A stretch of DNA of 29,144 nt from a virus (IMGVR_UViG_3300032290_000187:1-29144); one strand, 5' to 3'. Positions 1 to 8,178 are shown, counted from the first letter of the stretch. Translations and numbers: made by a program. The notes: a model not told the origin generated them from the letters alone.

Positions 1-1425
1 GAGGACTTTTGGTCACATGATCAAGAGGGAAAATGTAAACTTTCACCACACAAGTATAAATTTTGGTTACAAGAAAACAATTTCTTTAAGTATTTTCCAA
101 CTAATAGCAATACTTATACTTTTATTCGTAAAGACCAAAACTTAATCGAAGAAACAAACGAGAAAAGAATCAAAGATTTTGTATTAGATACATTATTACA
201 ACGTGATGACATTGGATTCATGCCTTATGACATGATGGCATCCACTACAAAATACTTTACTAGTGAGTTTTTATCCTGTTTAGAGAGTGCTGAGATAGAA
301 ATAAAAGAAGACACTATAGATAAAGCATATTTATACTATAATAATTGTGCTTTAGAAGTATCTAAAAACGAAGTTAAGAAGATAGATTATATTGATATCA
401 AAGGATTTGTTTGGAAGAAACAATTAATCGATAGAGACTTTGAAAGTTTTGACCATCACGATGCTGTATTTAGAAAGTTCTTATGGCTAATTGCGGGTAA
501 AGATGTAAGTAAATACAATTCGTTTAAGTCAGTAATTGGATACTTAATGCATTCTTTTAAGACAAGTGCTAACAATAAAGCTATTGTGTTTAACGATGAG
601 ACAATTTCAGAGAATCCAAACGGAGGAAGTGGAAAGGGATTATTTTGGAATGCTTTATCTAAAATGAAAAAAGTTGCATCTATCGATGGAAAGACTTTTG
701 AGTTTAATAAATCATTCCCTTATCAGACAGTATCAACGGATACTCAGGTATTAGTATTTGACGATGTTAAAAAGAACTTTAATTTTGAATCTTTATTCTC
801 TTTAATTACTGAAGGGATAACATTAGAATATAAAGGACAGGACGCAATTAAATTACCTGTAAATAAGTCCCCAAAGATATTAATTACAACTAACTATACG
901 ATTGGTGGTATTGGTGGTTCTTTTGAACGTAGAAAGTTTGAGGTTGAAATGAGTGACTATTTTAGTTTTAAACATACACCACTAGATGAGTTCGGACATA
1001 TGCTATTTGATGAGTGGGATAATAACGAATGGTTGAGATTCGATAATTATATGATTAATTGTTGCCAATATTATCTAGAGAATGGATTAGTTAAGCATAA
1101 TTTTAATAACTTAGACATCCGTAAATTTATCAAAGAAACTTCATACGAGTTCTACGAATGGTGTAACGATGGGAATTTACCATTTAATGTTAGACTCTTT
1201 AAAGATGACTTGCATGACTTATTTATAAAAGATTATACTGACTTCCATAAGTTATCTAAAAAAAGATTTACATCTTGGTTATCTACTTATGCAGTATTCT
1301 ATAAGCATAAGACATTTGAAGGTAAAACAAATAATAGAAGATGGATTGAATTTGAAAACAGAACGGAAGAGCCAAGCATACCATCCGATGACATATGGGA
1401 TGACCCTAAATTGCAAGGACTATGA
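1..1425 (+). CDS. Primase-associated helicase / P-loop NTPase, C-terminal part (5'-truncated)
   Basis: The frame is open from position 1 (EDFWSHDQEGK...) through the listed 220..1425 ORF. It has Walker A NGGSGKG, Walker B VLVFDDV and ITTN...RR motifs typical of SF3/D5-like phage primase-helicases. Confidence 0.8.
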   Translation, partial: EDFWSHDQEGKCKLSPHKYKFWLQENNFFKYFPTNSNTYTFIRKDQNLIEETNEKRIKDFVLDTLLQRDDIGFMPYDMMASTTKYFTSEFLSCLESAEIEIKEDTIDKAYLYYNNCALEVSKNEVKKIDYIDIKGFVWKKQLIDRDFESFDHHDAVFRKFLWLIAGKDVSKYNSFKSVIGYLMHSFKTSANNKAIVFNDETISENPNGGSGKGLFWNALSKMKKVASIDGKTFEFNKSFPYQTVSTDTQVLVFDDVKKNFNFESLFSLITEGITLEYKGQDAIKLPVNKSPKILITTNYTIGGIGGSFERRKFEVEMSDYFSFKHTPLDEFGHMLFDEWDNNEWLRFDNYMINCCQYYLENGLVKHNFNNLDIRKFIKETSYEFYEWCNDGNLPFNVRLFKDDLHDLFIKDYTDFHKLSKKRFTSWLSTYAVFYKHKTFEGKTNNRRWIEFENRTEEPSIPSDDIWDDPKLQGL

Positions 1426-1598
1426 AAGAATCAATAAACAAATATATAAGATGCGTTAATGAGTACGATGTTATCTTATCAGGTAAAAGTTATGATATAT
1501 TTTCTTATTACTACGATGTAAAAGATGCCTTTGGATTCATTAAAAAAGAAGGCGAAATGTATCTAATAGATAAATATTTAAATGAAATTAAGTTATGA
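1422..1598 (+). CDS. Small hypothetical protein, 58 aa (MKESINKYIRCVNEYDV...), not in the ORF track
   Basis: Fills the gap exactly, with ATGA overlaps to both neighbours. Confidence 0.7.
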   Translation: MKESINKYIRCVNEYDVILSGKSYDIFSYYYDVKDAFGFIKKEGEMYLIDKYLNEIKL

Positions 1599-2158
1599 AT
1601 TTAGGAGTGTTTGATTGTAGTACAGGATTGATTAATACTTTATATCATGATAAAACACAAGATATAAGTGTTAGAACATCAACAATAAAAGATATGTTAT
1701 TAGTTGACAAACTACAAAAAGAAAATAGTAATGCTGTTGGTTTCATTCAAAAGACTATTTGGGAAGATTATGTATGGGGTGGGAAACGAAACTTTATTGT
1801 GTTAATTTGTGAAGCAAACAACGATGCTGTTGGCTATGTTTTAATAACACCAGCACGTGGAAGCTATAAATATGCTAAGATTCAACAAATAGCAGTAAGG
1901 AACGATGCAAGAAGGTTACACTATGGAACGGCTTTAATAGATGTTTGCAGACAATTTTGCGAAAAATTCCATAGGATAGGATTTACTTTAAGATGTCGAA
2001 CGGATTTAGATAGTAATTTCTTTTGGAAAAGTTTAGGCTTTGAAAAATATGGTATGTGGGAAAAAGGTAAATTAAATCATGTAGGTTTTAAAGCTAGCAA
2101 TGATATTAATCTTTGGAAAATAGACTTAAATAAAAATATATTAATGTTAGATTTATGA
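1595..2158 (+). CDS. GNAT-family N-acetyltransferase
   Basis: Acetyl-CoA binding motif A (IQQIAVRNDARRLHYGTALI) and motif B (SNFFWKSLGF). Confidence 0.8.
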   Translation: MNLGVFDCSTGLINTLYHDKTQDISVRTSTIKDMLLVDKLQKENSNAVGFIQKTIWEDYVWGGKRNFIVLICEANNDAVGYVLITPARGSYKYAKIQQIAVRNDARRLHYGTALIDVCRQFCEKFHRIGFTLRCRTDLDSNFFWKSLGFEKYGMWEKGKLNHVGFKASNDINLWKIDLNKNILMLDL

Positions 2159-2472
2159 AACGATATAAAATAGAATTGCCAATATATTATGGTACAATAA
2201 CAGTTTACATAGATAATGAAATTGAATTAATTGGAAAAAAAATAGGTGTAAACATTGAAGATGGCATTGAATGTTTTGCTTATAAAAAAGAACCGCATAA
2301 TTATATTATAGGACTAAAAGAAAATATATTTTATTACAATATAGTTCATGAGGTGGTGCATTTAGTTAATTTTATCTATGAAGACCATCACATAAAATTA
2401 TCAAAAAGCAACGATGAACCACAAGCGTATTTAACAGGGTATTTGTTTGATGAAATATTTAAAAGATTATGA
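2155..2472 (+). CDS. Small HExxH zinc-metallopeptidase-like protein
   Basis: IVHEVVH followed by a downstream Glu (DEPQAYL), as in zincin-type phage proteins. Confidence 0.55.
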   Translation: MKRYKIELPIYYGTITVYIDNEIELIGKKIGVNIEDGIECFAYKKEPHNYIIGLKENIFYYNIVHEVVHLVNFIYEDHHIKLSKSNDEPQAYLTGYLFDEIFKRL

Positions 2473-3689
2473 AAAAAGAATTACGTTCGTACCAACTAGA
2501 TTTATCAAAGAAAGCGGTAGATATTTTAAGAGATAAGAAGATAGTGTACTTAGCGATGGAAGTTCGTTTAGGTAAGACTTTAACAGCTTTAAATGTATGC
2601 GAGTTGTATGGTGCTAAGTCGGTCTTATTCGTGACTAAAAAGAAAGCTATGTCATCTATAGAGTCAGATTTTGCTAGTATGCCGTTTTCTTTTGATTTAG
2701 CAATTATTAATACAGAATCAATACATAAGGCAGTAGGACAATTTGATGTTGTTATAAGTGACGAGAATCACAAATACGGAAGTTTCCCAAAGCCAAGTAA
2801 AGGCGCTAAAGAATTTAAACAACGATACTCACACTTACCTTTGATATTCTTAAGTGGAACACCGCATCCTGAGTCGTATTCACAGATATACCATCAATTT
2901 TGGATTAGTAAGTATACACCATTTCATCAATACCCGTCATTTTACAAGTGGGCATCTACATTCGTAAACGTAACTACAAAGCATTTAGGATACGGAATGA
3001 TTAAAGACTATAAAGACGCAAAGAAAGAACTAATTGAACAAGTAATTAAACCTTATATGATAACATACACACAAAAAGAAGCTGGATTCAGTTCAACAAT
3101 CAACGAAAAAATCATATACGTTGATATGAAAGAATCAACATATGCATTAATTAAACGACTAGAGAAAGATCTAATAGTACAAGGTAAGAAAGAAGTAATA
3201 CTCGGGGATACATCGGTCAAATTAATGTCTAAACTACATCAATTATACTCGGGTACAATTAAGTTTGAAAGCGGCAATACTGCTGTACTAGATTATTCTA
3301 AAGCAATACGTATTTACACAATGTTTAAGACTAGACAAATTGCAATATTCTATAAGTTTAAAGCTGAATTAGACGCGTTAGAATTCATATTTGGTGATAC
3401 ACTTACAACAGACCTAGACGAGTTCAATACAACTACTAAATCAATTGCGTATCAAATCGTGTCAGGTCGCGAAGGAGTCAACCTTAGTCGTGCATCTTCA
3501 TTGGTGTATATGAATATTGATTTTAGTGCTGTGTCTTATTGGCAAAGTCGCGACAGGTTAACTACAATGGATAGACTAGAAAATAATGTATATTGGTTCT
3601 TTGCTAAGAATGGTATAGAAGATAAGATATACAAAGCCGTAATGAATAAAAAGAACTACACTTTAAGTATTTTTAAGAAAGATTATTAG
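2469..3689 (+). CDS. SNF2-like superfamily 2 DNA helicase
   Basis: Q motif LRSYQ, Walker A RLGKT, DENH (DExH), LSGTP, GREGVNL and QSRDR motifs. Confidence 0.85.
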   Translation: MKKELRSYQLDLSKKAVDILRDKKIVYLAMEVRLGKTLTALNVCELYGAKSVLFVTKKKAMSSIESDFASMPFSFDLAIINTESIHKAVGQFDVVISDENHKYGSFPKPSKGAKEFKQRYSHLPLIFLSGTPHPESYSQIYHQFWISKYTPFHQYPSFYKWASTFVNVTTKHLGYGMIKDYKDAKKELIEQVIKPYMITYTQKEAGFSSTINEKIIYVDMKESTYALIKRLEKDLIVQGKKEVILGDTSVKLMSKLHQLYSGTIKFESGNTAVLDYSKAIRIYTMFKTRQIAIFYKFKAELDALEFIFGDTLTTDLDEFNTTTKSIAYQIVSGREGVNLSRASSLVYMNIDFSAVSYWQSRDRLTTMDRLENNVYWFFAKNGIEDKIYKAVMNKKNYTLSIFKKDY

Positions 3690-3786
3690 TATATTTACAT
3701 CTGTATTGTCGCAGATACTTTAAGAACTTTAATAATTCCCTGTCATGACGAAACTGCGACTTCCGATTGATGGGGTTTTTTATTTT
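3690..3786 (+). promoter_or_regulatory. Putative promoter plus structured (pseudoknot-capable) leader of the HNH gene
   Basis: TATATTTA (3690-3697) is a near match to TAnnTTTG. GTCGCAG (3708-3714) pairs with CTGCGAC (3754-3760), and CCCTGTCA (3738-3745) pairs with TGATGGGG (3768-3775) using two G-U pairs. A T-run follows. Confidence 0.5.
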
Positions 3787-4287
3787 ATGGAAGAAATATT
3801 TAAAGATATACCTGGTTATAATGGGTTATATCAAGCAAGTAATTTAGGAAGAATTAAAAGTTTATCTAGAAGGGTATGTAATTACAGAGGTTGTTACTTT
3901 TCAAAAGAAAGATTTTTAACTCAAACTATATCTAAAAACTATCAAAGTGTTAGAATTAAAAATGGAAGTAAATCAGTTCACCAGTTAGTTGCAATGGCTT
4001 TTTTAAACCATAGTCCTTGCGGTCATAAAATTGTAGTGGATCACATTAATCATAATAAGTTAGATAATAGATTAGAAAACTTACAATTAATAACCAATAG
4101 AGAAAATTGTTCAAAGGATGTAAAAAATAAAACATCAAAATATACAGGTGTAAGTTGGGATAGTAACAGAAAAAAATGGCAAGTTGGTATAAAGATTAAT
4201 GGTAAAAGATATGCATTAGGTAGATTTAATTGCGAAGAAGAAGCAAGTCAAGTATATAAAAATAAATTAAAAGAGATATTATGTTAG
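3787..4287 (+). CDS. NUMOD4-HNH-AP2 homing endonuclease (free-standing)
   Basis: NUMOD4 (EIFKDIPGYNGLYQASNLGRIKS), HNH (VDHINHNKLDNRLENL) and AP2-like C-terminus (SKYTGVSW...KWQVGIKINGKRYALGRF). The start is more likely ATG 3787 than 3745. Confidence 0.9.
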   Translation: MEEIFKDIPGYNGLYQASNLGRIKSLSRRVCNYRGCYFSKERFLTQTISKNYQSVRIKNGSKSVHQLVAMAFLNHSPCGHKIVVDHINHNKLDNRLENLQLITNRENCSKDVKNKTSKYTGVSWDSNRKKWQVGIKINGKRYALGRFNCEEEASQVYKNKLKEILC

Positions 4288-4550
4288 AATCAAAAATACA
4301 AGCTAGTTGTATAAAATATGCAAAATCTAAAGGATGGTTTGTTTTAAAAATAATTAAGTGTAATATAAATGGAATGCCTGATTCCGCTCTTTTTAAGGAT
4401 GGTAAAACATTTTTTGTTGAATTTAAAACAGCTATAGGCAAGCAATCAGAATTACAGAAATACGTTGAAAGTGAATTAGTTAAGCAAGGATTCAAGTACT
4501 TTCTTATTCGAGACTTAAAAGAATTTCAAAAAATAATTACAGAAATGTGA
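4281..4550 (+). CDS. VRR-NUC domain nuclease (PD-(D/E)xK)
   Basis: ESKIQ...GMPD...FFVEFK...SELQ pattern; this gene type is a usual neighbour of SNF2 helicases in phages. Confidence 0.85.
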   Translation: MLESKIQASCIKYAKSKGWFVLKIIKCNINGMPDSALFKDGKTFFVEFKTAIGKQSELQKYVESELVKQGFKYFLIRDLKEFQKIITEM

Positions 4551-4570
4551 TATTATTATAATAAAATAGT

Positions 4571-4578
4571 TATATTTG
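4571..4578 (+). promoter_or_regulatory. Bacteroidota primary-sigma -7 element TATATTTG
   Basis: Exact TAnnTTTG match in an intergenic gap, about 30 nt before ATG 4610. The -33 element is weak. Confidence 0.65.
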
Positions 4579-4609
4579 TCCTATACAAACAAACAAAAAA
4601 CTAGAAATT

Positions 4610-4768
4610 ATGACAACTTTAAAAGTAACAAAATACAAAGGCGGTCCATTCGAGGAAGTGATTGAGATTATAGCCAAAACAAAAAAGGAAGTAAAATCAA
4701 TATATGTTCAAAAATACGGATGGATGTATAAAGACGATAGAACAACATACGAGTATATTAAAAAGTAA
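4610..4768 (+). CDS. Small hypothetical protein, 52 aa (MTTLKVTKYKGGPFEEV...)
   Basis: First ORF after the promoter, with an A-rich leader ending AAATTATG; translated by hand. Confidence 0.65.
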   Translation: MTTLKVTKYKGGPFEEVIEIIAKTKKEVKSIYVQKYGWMYKDDRTTYEYIKK

Positions 4769-4772
4769 AAAT

Positions 4773-4823
4773 CTCACAGTATTCGTACAGAGTTGGCAGC
4801 ACGGAACAGACGGCATTTTTTTT
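4773..4823 (+). other. Intergenic two-hairpin element followed by T8 (structured RNA / terminator candidate)
   Basis: Hairpin 1 is CTC..GTA-TTCG-TAC..GAG (4773-4792). Hairpin 2 is GC(A)CG-GAACAGA-CGGC (4799-4814). The T-run is 4816-4823. Confidence 0.4.
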
Positions 4824-4843
4824 AACAATTAAATATTTGAATT

Positions 4844-4975
4844 ATGGCTGGATGTTATGGTAATGATTCCTTTGATAGATACTGGGAATCGCAATTAGAC
4901 AAGTACCTTGATGAGTACGACGACGACGATGAAGACGATGAAGATTACGAGTTTGAACGATTAAACGATAGATAA
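4844..4975 (+). CDS. Very acidic 43-aa protein (MAGCYGNDSFDRYWESQLDKYLDEYDDDDEDDEDYEFERLNDR)
   Basis: Translated by hand; 18 D/E versus 4 K/R; abuts the next ORF. Confidence 0.65.
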   Translation: MAGCYGNDSFDRYWESQLDKYLDEYDDDDEDDEDYEFERLNDR

Positions 4976-4976
4976 G

Positions 4977-5138
4977 ATGAATGATTTAGTACATTACTTA
5001 ACGGAGGTGAAAGCCTCCATAGTAAACTTCCAAGAAACATACGGAGACAATGACTTCTCTAATGGACAAGTATTTATGATTGATAGAGTTTTAAATAAAA
5101 TAAAAGAAGATGAAGATAGTAGCAAACTTAACAGATAA
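4977..5138 (+). CDS. Small hypothetical protein, 53 aa (MNDLVHYLTEVKASIV...)
   Basis: Starts 1 nt after the previous stop and overlaps the next gene. Confidence 0.6.
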   Translation: MNDLVHYLTEVKASIVNFQETYGDNDFSNGQVFMIDRVLNKIKEDEDSSKLNR

Positions 5139-5316
5139 GCACGAGACTAACCTAAAGCAAATTAAAAGACTTGGTTACATATTAGGTGAAGAAGTAAACA
5201 CGAAACCACAACAAGTATCACTAGCAATGGACATGTTACAATACTTAATGTGGGAATTCAGTGAGCCAGATTTAATAGAAATAATACTTAAAAACAAAGA
5301 CAATGAAAGAGCATAA
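5110..5316 (+). CDS. Hypothetical protein
   Basis: ORF in a tightly packed operon. Confidence 0.65.
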   Translation: MKIVANLTDKHETNLKQIKRLGYILGEEVNTKPQQVSLAMDMLQYLMWEFSEPDLIEIILKNKDNERA

Positions 5317-5824
5317 TATAGATTGCATGAAACACAGAAAGCATACGCATTTAGCTGGTGTTGACATTGCAATAATCACAGCAGAAAAAGGTAAGTGCTT
5401 ACTTACAATCAAAGATGCTTATTACTCTAAAGGTGTAGATGTATCAGGGAATAGAACGGATGGTTACTTCCTAGAATTCGAAGAAGATGTAATGGATATG
5501 GTAGTTAATTCTTCCAATAGAAAACAGATAAGTCAGAACTTAGTGTTAGAAAAAGGATTATCTTTGACAGATAGTCGTAACATAGGTAATTGGATTGGTA
5601 CTAAGATTGAACTTTACCACGATGAAACTATCCGAATGATGGGTAAAGTAGTTGGAGGTATCAGAGTTAAAGGATTCAAAGTACTTCCTAACTTAGAGCC
5701 TAACACACCAAACTTCGATGCAGTAAAGAAAGCATTACAAGGTGGTAACTATACAATCGAACAAGTTAAAACAAAGTATAACGTATCTGAAGCGGTACAA
5801 AAATTATTAGAAAATGGAAAATAA
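5303..5824 (+). CDS. Putative ssDNA-binding/annealing protein (exonuclease partner)
   Basis: Directly upstream of the exonuclease. It has a beta-rich core (WIGTKIELY...GGIRV) and a short helical C-terminal domain (FDAVKKAL...TIEQVKTKY). The function is inferred from position. Confidence 0.45.
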   Translation: MKEHNIDCMKHRKHTHLAGVDIAIITAEKGKCLLTIKDAYYSKGVDVSGNRTDGYFLEFEEDVMDMVVNSSNRKQISQNLVLEKGLSLTDSRNIGNWIGTKIELYHDETIRMMGKVVGGIRVKGFKVLPNLEPNTPNFDAVKKALQGGNYTIEQVKTKYNVSEAVQKLLENGK

Positions 5825-6443
5825 AACATACAGACATAGAGCAAGTCAATCAGGCTTGCTTTTAACAAACGGCAAAGACGATTTAAAGTTAGGTGCGTCA
5901 ATGATTACTTACTTAAAGAAATGGTATGCAGAACAAAAGTCAGGAGTACGTGACGAGATCGATTCCAAGTACTTTCGTAAAGGTAATATGTGCGAAGATG
6001 AAGCTATCGATATTTGTGCAGAACGTTTTGGATTAGGTATACTTGAAAAGAATATAGTACATTTCAACGACGAACACTTTAATGGTACTCCCGATGTTAT
6101 CACAGATGAGTTTGTAATCGACACCAAATGTTCGTGGGATTACGTTACGTTTTTAGACTCTATTACAAGTCCAATCAATAAAGACTACGAAGCACAATTA
6201 CAAGTATACATGCACTTGACAGGAGTTAAGAAAGCGAAGTTAGTCTATGTATTGTTAGACACACCAGCAGAAGCAAACTATGGTAACGATATCTTCTATA
6301 GTCACATGCCAATCAACGAACGCTTTTATAGTTTTGAGTTGGAATATGATCCAACTATGATTGAAAAGATGCAAGAGAAAGTAAATAACGCAAAAATATT
6401 TCTAGATGAATACGACCAAAGAATCAAATCGCTACTTGGATAA
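5814..6443 (+). CDS. YqaJ/lambda-exonuclease-like PD-(D/E)xK nuclease
   Basis: RAS, G..CE, GTPD, IDTKC and YEAQLQVYM motifs. Confidence 0.8.
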   Translation: MENKTYRHRASQSGLLLTNGKDDLKLGASMITYLKKWYAEQKSGVRDEIDSKYFRKGNMCEDEAIDICAERFGLGILEKNIVHFNDEHFNGTPDVITDEFVIDTKCSWDYVTFLDSITSPINKDYEAQLQVYMHLTGVKKAKLVYVLLDTPAEANYGNDIFYSHMPINERFYSFELEYDPTMIEKMQEKVNNAKIFLDEYDQRIKSLLG

Positions 6444-6567
6444 AAGAAATGGAGAAATCGTTACCCTGTTACTTCGGGGTAATGGATTCATCCGAGTAAG
6501 ACCACAGAAAGGATTAGACATAGTAATGTCAGTAGAATGTTTTAATGAAAATTTTAAAAAGATATGA
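6406..6567 (+). CDS. Small hypothetical protein, 53 aa (MNTTKESNRYLDKRNGEIVT...)
   Basis: Fills the 6443-6564 gap, with an ATGA overlap with the next gene. Confidence 0.55.
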   Translation: MNTTKESNRYLDKRNGEIVTLLLRGNGFIRVRPQKGLDIVMSVECFNENFKKI

Positions 6568-6812
6568 ATAAACAAATAAACAATACGTTCCAAGTGCTTT
6601 TGTTAATGCAAATTGCAATGGAGAAGTTAGAAGATATGGACGATGGAAATACGTTTAGAGAGAATCATAGAGAGGTAATAGATAACTTCATTAAGTATTT
6701 AGAGTCGAACGTGGAAGATTTAACGTGCAATATTAACGTACAAGAGTCAGACCAATATATCTACATCACTAAGAACATTCGTAAAGTAATAGACAAAATT
6801 AGAATCAAATGA
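6564..6812 (+). CDS. Hypothetical protein
   Basis: Coupled ORF, predicted helical. Confidence 0.65.
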   Translation: MNKQINNTFQVLLLMQIAMEKLEDMDDGNTFRENHREVIDNFIKYLESNVEDLTCNINVQESDQYIYITKNIRKVIDKIRIK

Positions 6813-7240
6813 CAACTTATGGTTATTTTAGTAAAATATTAAATGATTATGTTAAACAAGAAATAAAAGAAATTATGAAAAAAGAAATTTTTAAAGTAGG
6901 AGATAGAGTTTATCATATTGACCATGGATGGGGTGAAGTAACAGAAGCTAATAATAATGTTGTATTTGTTTTGTTTAATATACATAACAAAAAAATTATG
7001 TTCCGTAATTTAGACAAACTATCATTCACAGAATACAGATTACAAGGATTCTCACAAGAAAGACCTATTGTACTTCCTGAGGTTGGTGAGTTGTGTTTGG
7101 TTAGAACAAAAAATAATTCAGAATGGATTTGCGGTAGTTTTTATCAGTATGATTCAGACGATAAAACTTTTTGGATAAGGGATATATATGGTGATGCAAC
7201 ATTTTGGAAACAACTAAAAAGAATTAAAATACTTGACTAA
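6809..7240 (+). CDS. Hypothetical protein with SH3/Tudor-like segments
   Basis: FKVGDRVYHIDHGWGEV and PEVGELCLVR segments; the start may be the internal MKKEIF. Confidence 0.55.
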   Translation: MTTYGYFSKILNDYVKQEIKEIMKKEIFKVGDRVYHIDHGWGEVTEANNNVVFVLFNIHNKKIMFRNLDKLSFTEYRLQGFSQERPIVLPEVGELCLVRTKNNSEWICGSFYQYDSDDKTFWIRDIYGDATFWKQLKRIKILD

Positions 7241-7560
7241 TGAAAATAATTATAGCAATGTGTGTCTGGTGTGTTCTAACGAGTTTTAAAGCTACTTACT
7301 ATAGTGATACATTCCATGGTAAAGTTATGCGTTCAGGTCAAGTTTATGACGCAAATAAGTTGACATGTGCATCGAACACACATAAGTTAGGGACAAAGTT
7401 AAAAGTAACTAATATAGAAAATGGAAAGTCGGTTATAGTTCTTGTGGCAGATACAGGTAGTTTTAAGAAAATAACACTAGACTTATCAAAGAGAGCATTT
7501 AGTAAGATAGCTGAATTAGATAAAGGAGTAGTAGAAGTTAAAATAAAAGTAGTAAGATGA
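7240..7560 (+). CDS. rlpA: RlpA-like double-psi beta-barrel lytic transglycosylase with N-terminal signal
   Basis: ATYY..FHG....SG..YD...LTCA....LGTKLKVTN..NGKSVIV.V.D.G...LDLS..AF..IA....GV matches the RlpA DPBB signature; the N-terminus is hydrophobic. Confidence 0.85.
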   Translation: MKIIIAMCVWCVLTSFKATYYSDTFHGKVMRSGQVYDANKLTCASNTHKLGTKLKVTNIENGKSVIVLVADTGSFKKITLDLSKRAFSKIAELDKGVVEVKIKVVR

Positions 7561-7841
7561 AAAACAATATCTTAAAGTGGGCAGAACCAAAAGGATTATT
7601 GAATCCAGAGTTCGCACCTAAACAATTCATGAAGCTAGTCGAAGAAGTTGGTGAGTTAAGTAATGCAATATTGAAAGACAATAAAGCAGAACAGATTGAC
7701 GCACTAGGAGATATAAACGTAGTACTTATCATACTAGCAGAACAATTAGGGTTTGATTTAGATACGTGCTTAGAATATGCGTACAACGAGATTAAGAACA
7801 GAAAAGGTAAAACAATTAACGGATCATTCATAAAGGAATAA
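7557..7841 (+). CDS. mazG: MazG-like nucleotide pyrophosphohydrolase
   Basis: KLVEEVGEL...DALGD metal-binding motif and C-terminal AYNEIKNRKG. Confidence 0.85.
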   Translation: MKNNILKWAEPKGLLNPEFAPKQFMKLVEEVGELSNAILKDNKAEQIDALGDINVVLIILAEQLGFDLDTCLEYAYNEIKNRKGKTINGSFIKE

Positions 7842-7842
7842 C

Positions 7843-8178
7843 ATGACAAAGAAAGAAGAACTTAAGTACAATTTGAAAATGGAACAACTATTAGTAAGTC
7901 AACTATTTGAGAAGATAAAACAGTTAAAGCATGAGAACGAAACAATGCGAGACGAATTATTCCAGCTTAGTAAAGAATACTTCACACCGAAAGATGCAAT
8001 CGTAGCAAGGGTTATCGAAGCATACAAAACAAGGTCCGAAGTAGGGATAGCGAAGTATGGAACAACACTAGAAGATAATAATACTGATGACTTTCTACAG
8101 CATCTACAGGAGGAATTAATGGACGCGACGTTATACGTAGAAAAATTAAAAGAAATATCATTGCAGTTAAAGAAATAA
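7843..8178 (+). CDS. Coiled coil plus second all-alpha NTP-pyrophosphatase-like domain
   Basis: R...GIAKYG...LQHLQEELMDATLY (ExxD) motif. Confidence 0.5.
   Translation: MTKKEELKYNLKMEQLLVSQLFEKIKQLKHENETMRDELFQLSKEYFTPKDAIVARVIEAYKTRSEVGIAKYGTTLEDNNTDDFLQHLQEELMDATLYVEKLKEISLQLKK

Noticed and set aside
3708-3775. HDV-like/theta or hammerhead ribozyme
   Set aside because: Only 8 nt lie between the P2 5' strand and the P1 3' strand, too short for P3/L3. There is no P4 and no intact CUGANGA core.
3745-3786. N-terminal extension of the HNH ORF from ATG 3745
   Set aside because: The NUMOD4 motif begins at ATG 3787 and the upstream part coincides with the structured leader.
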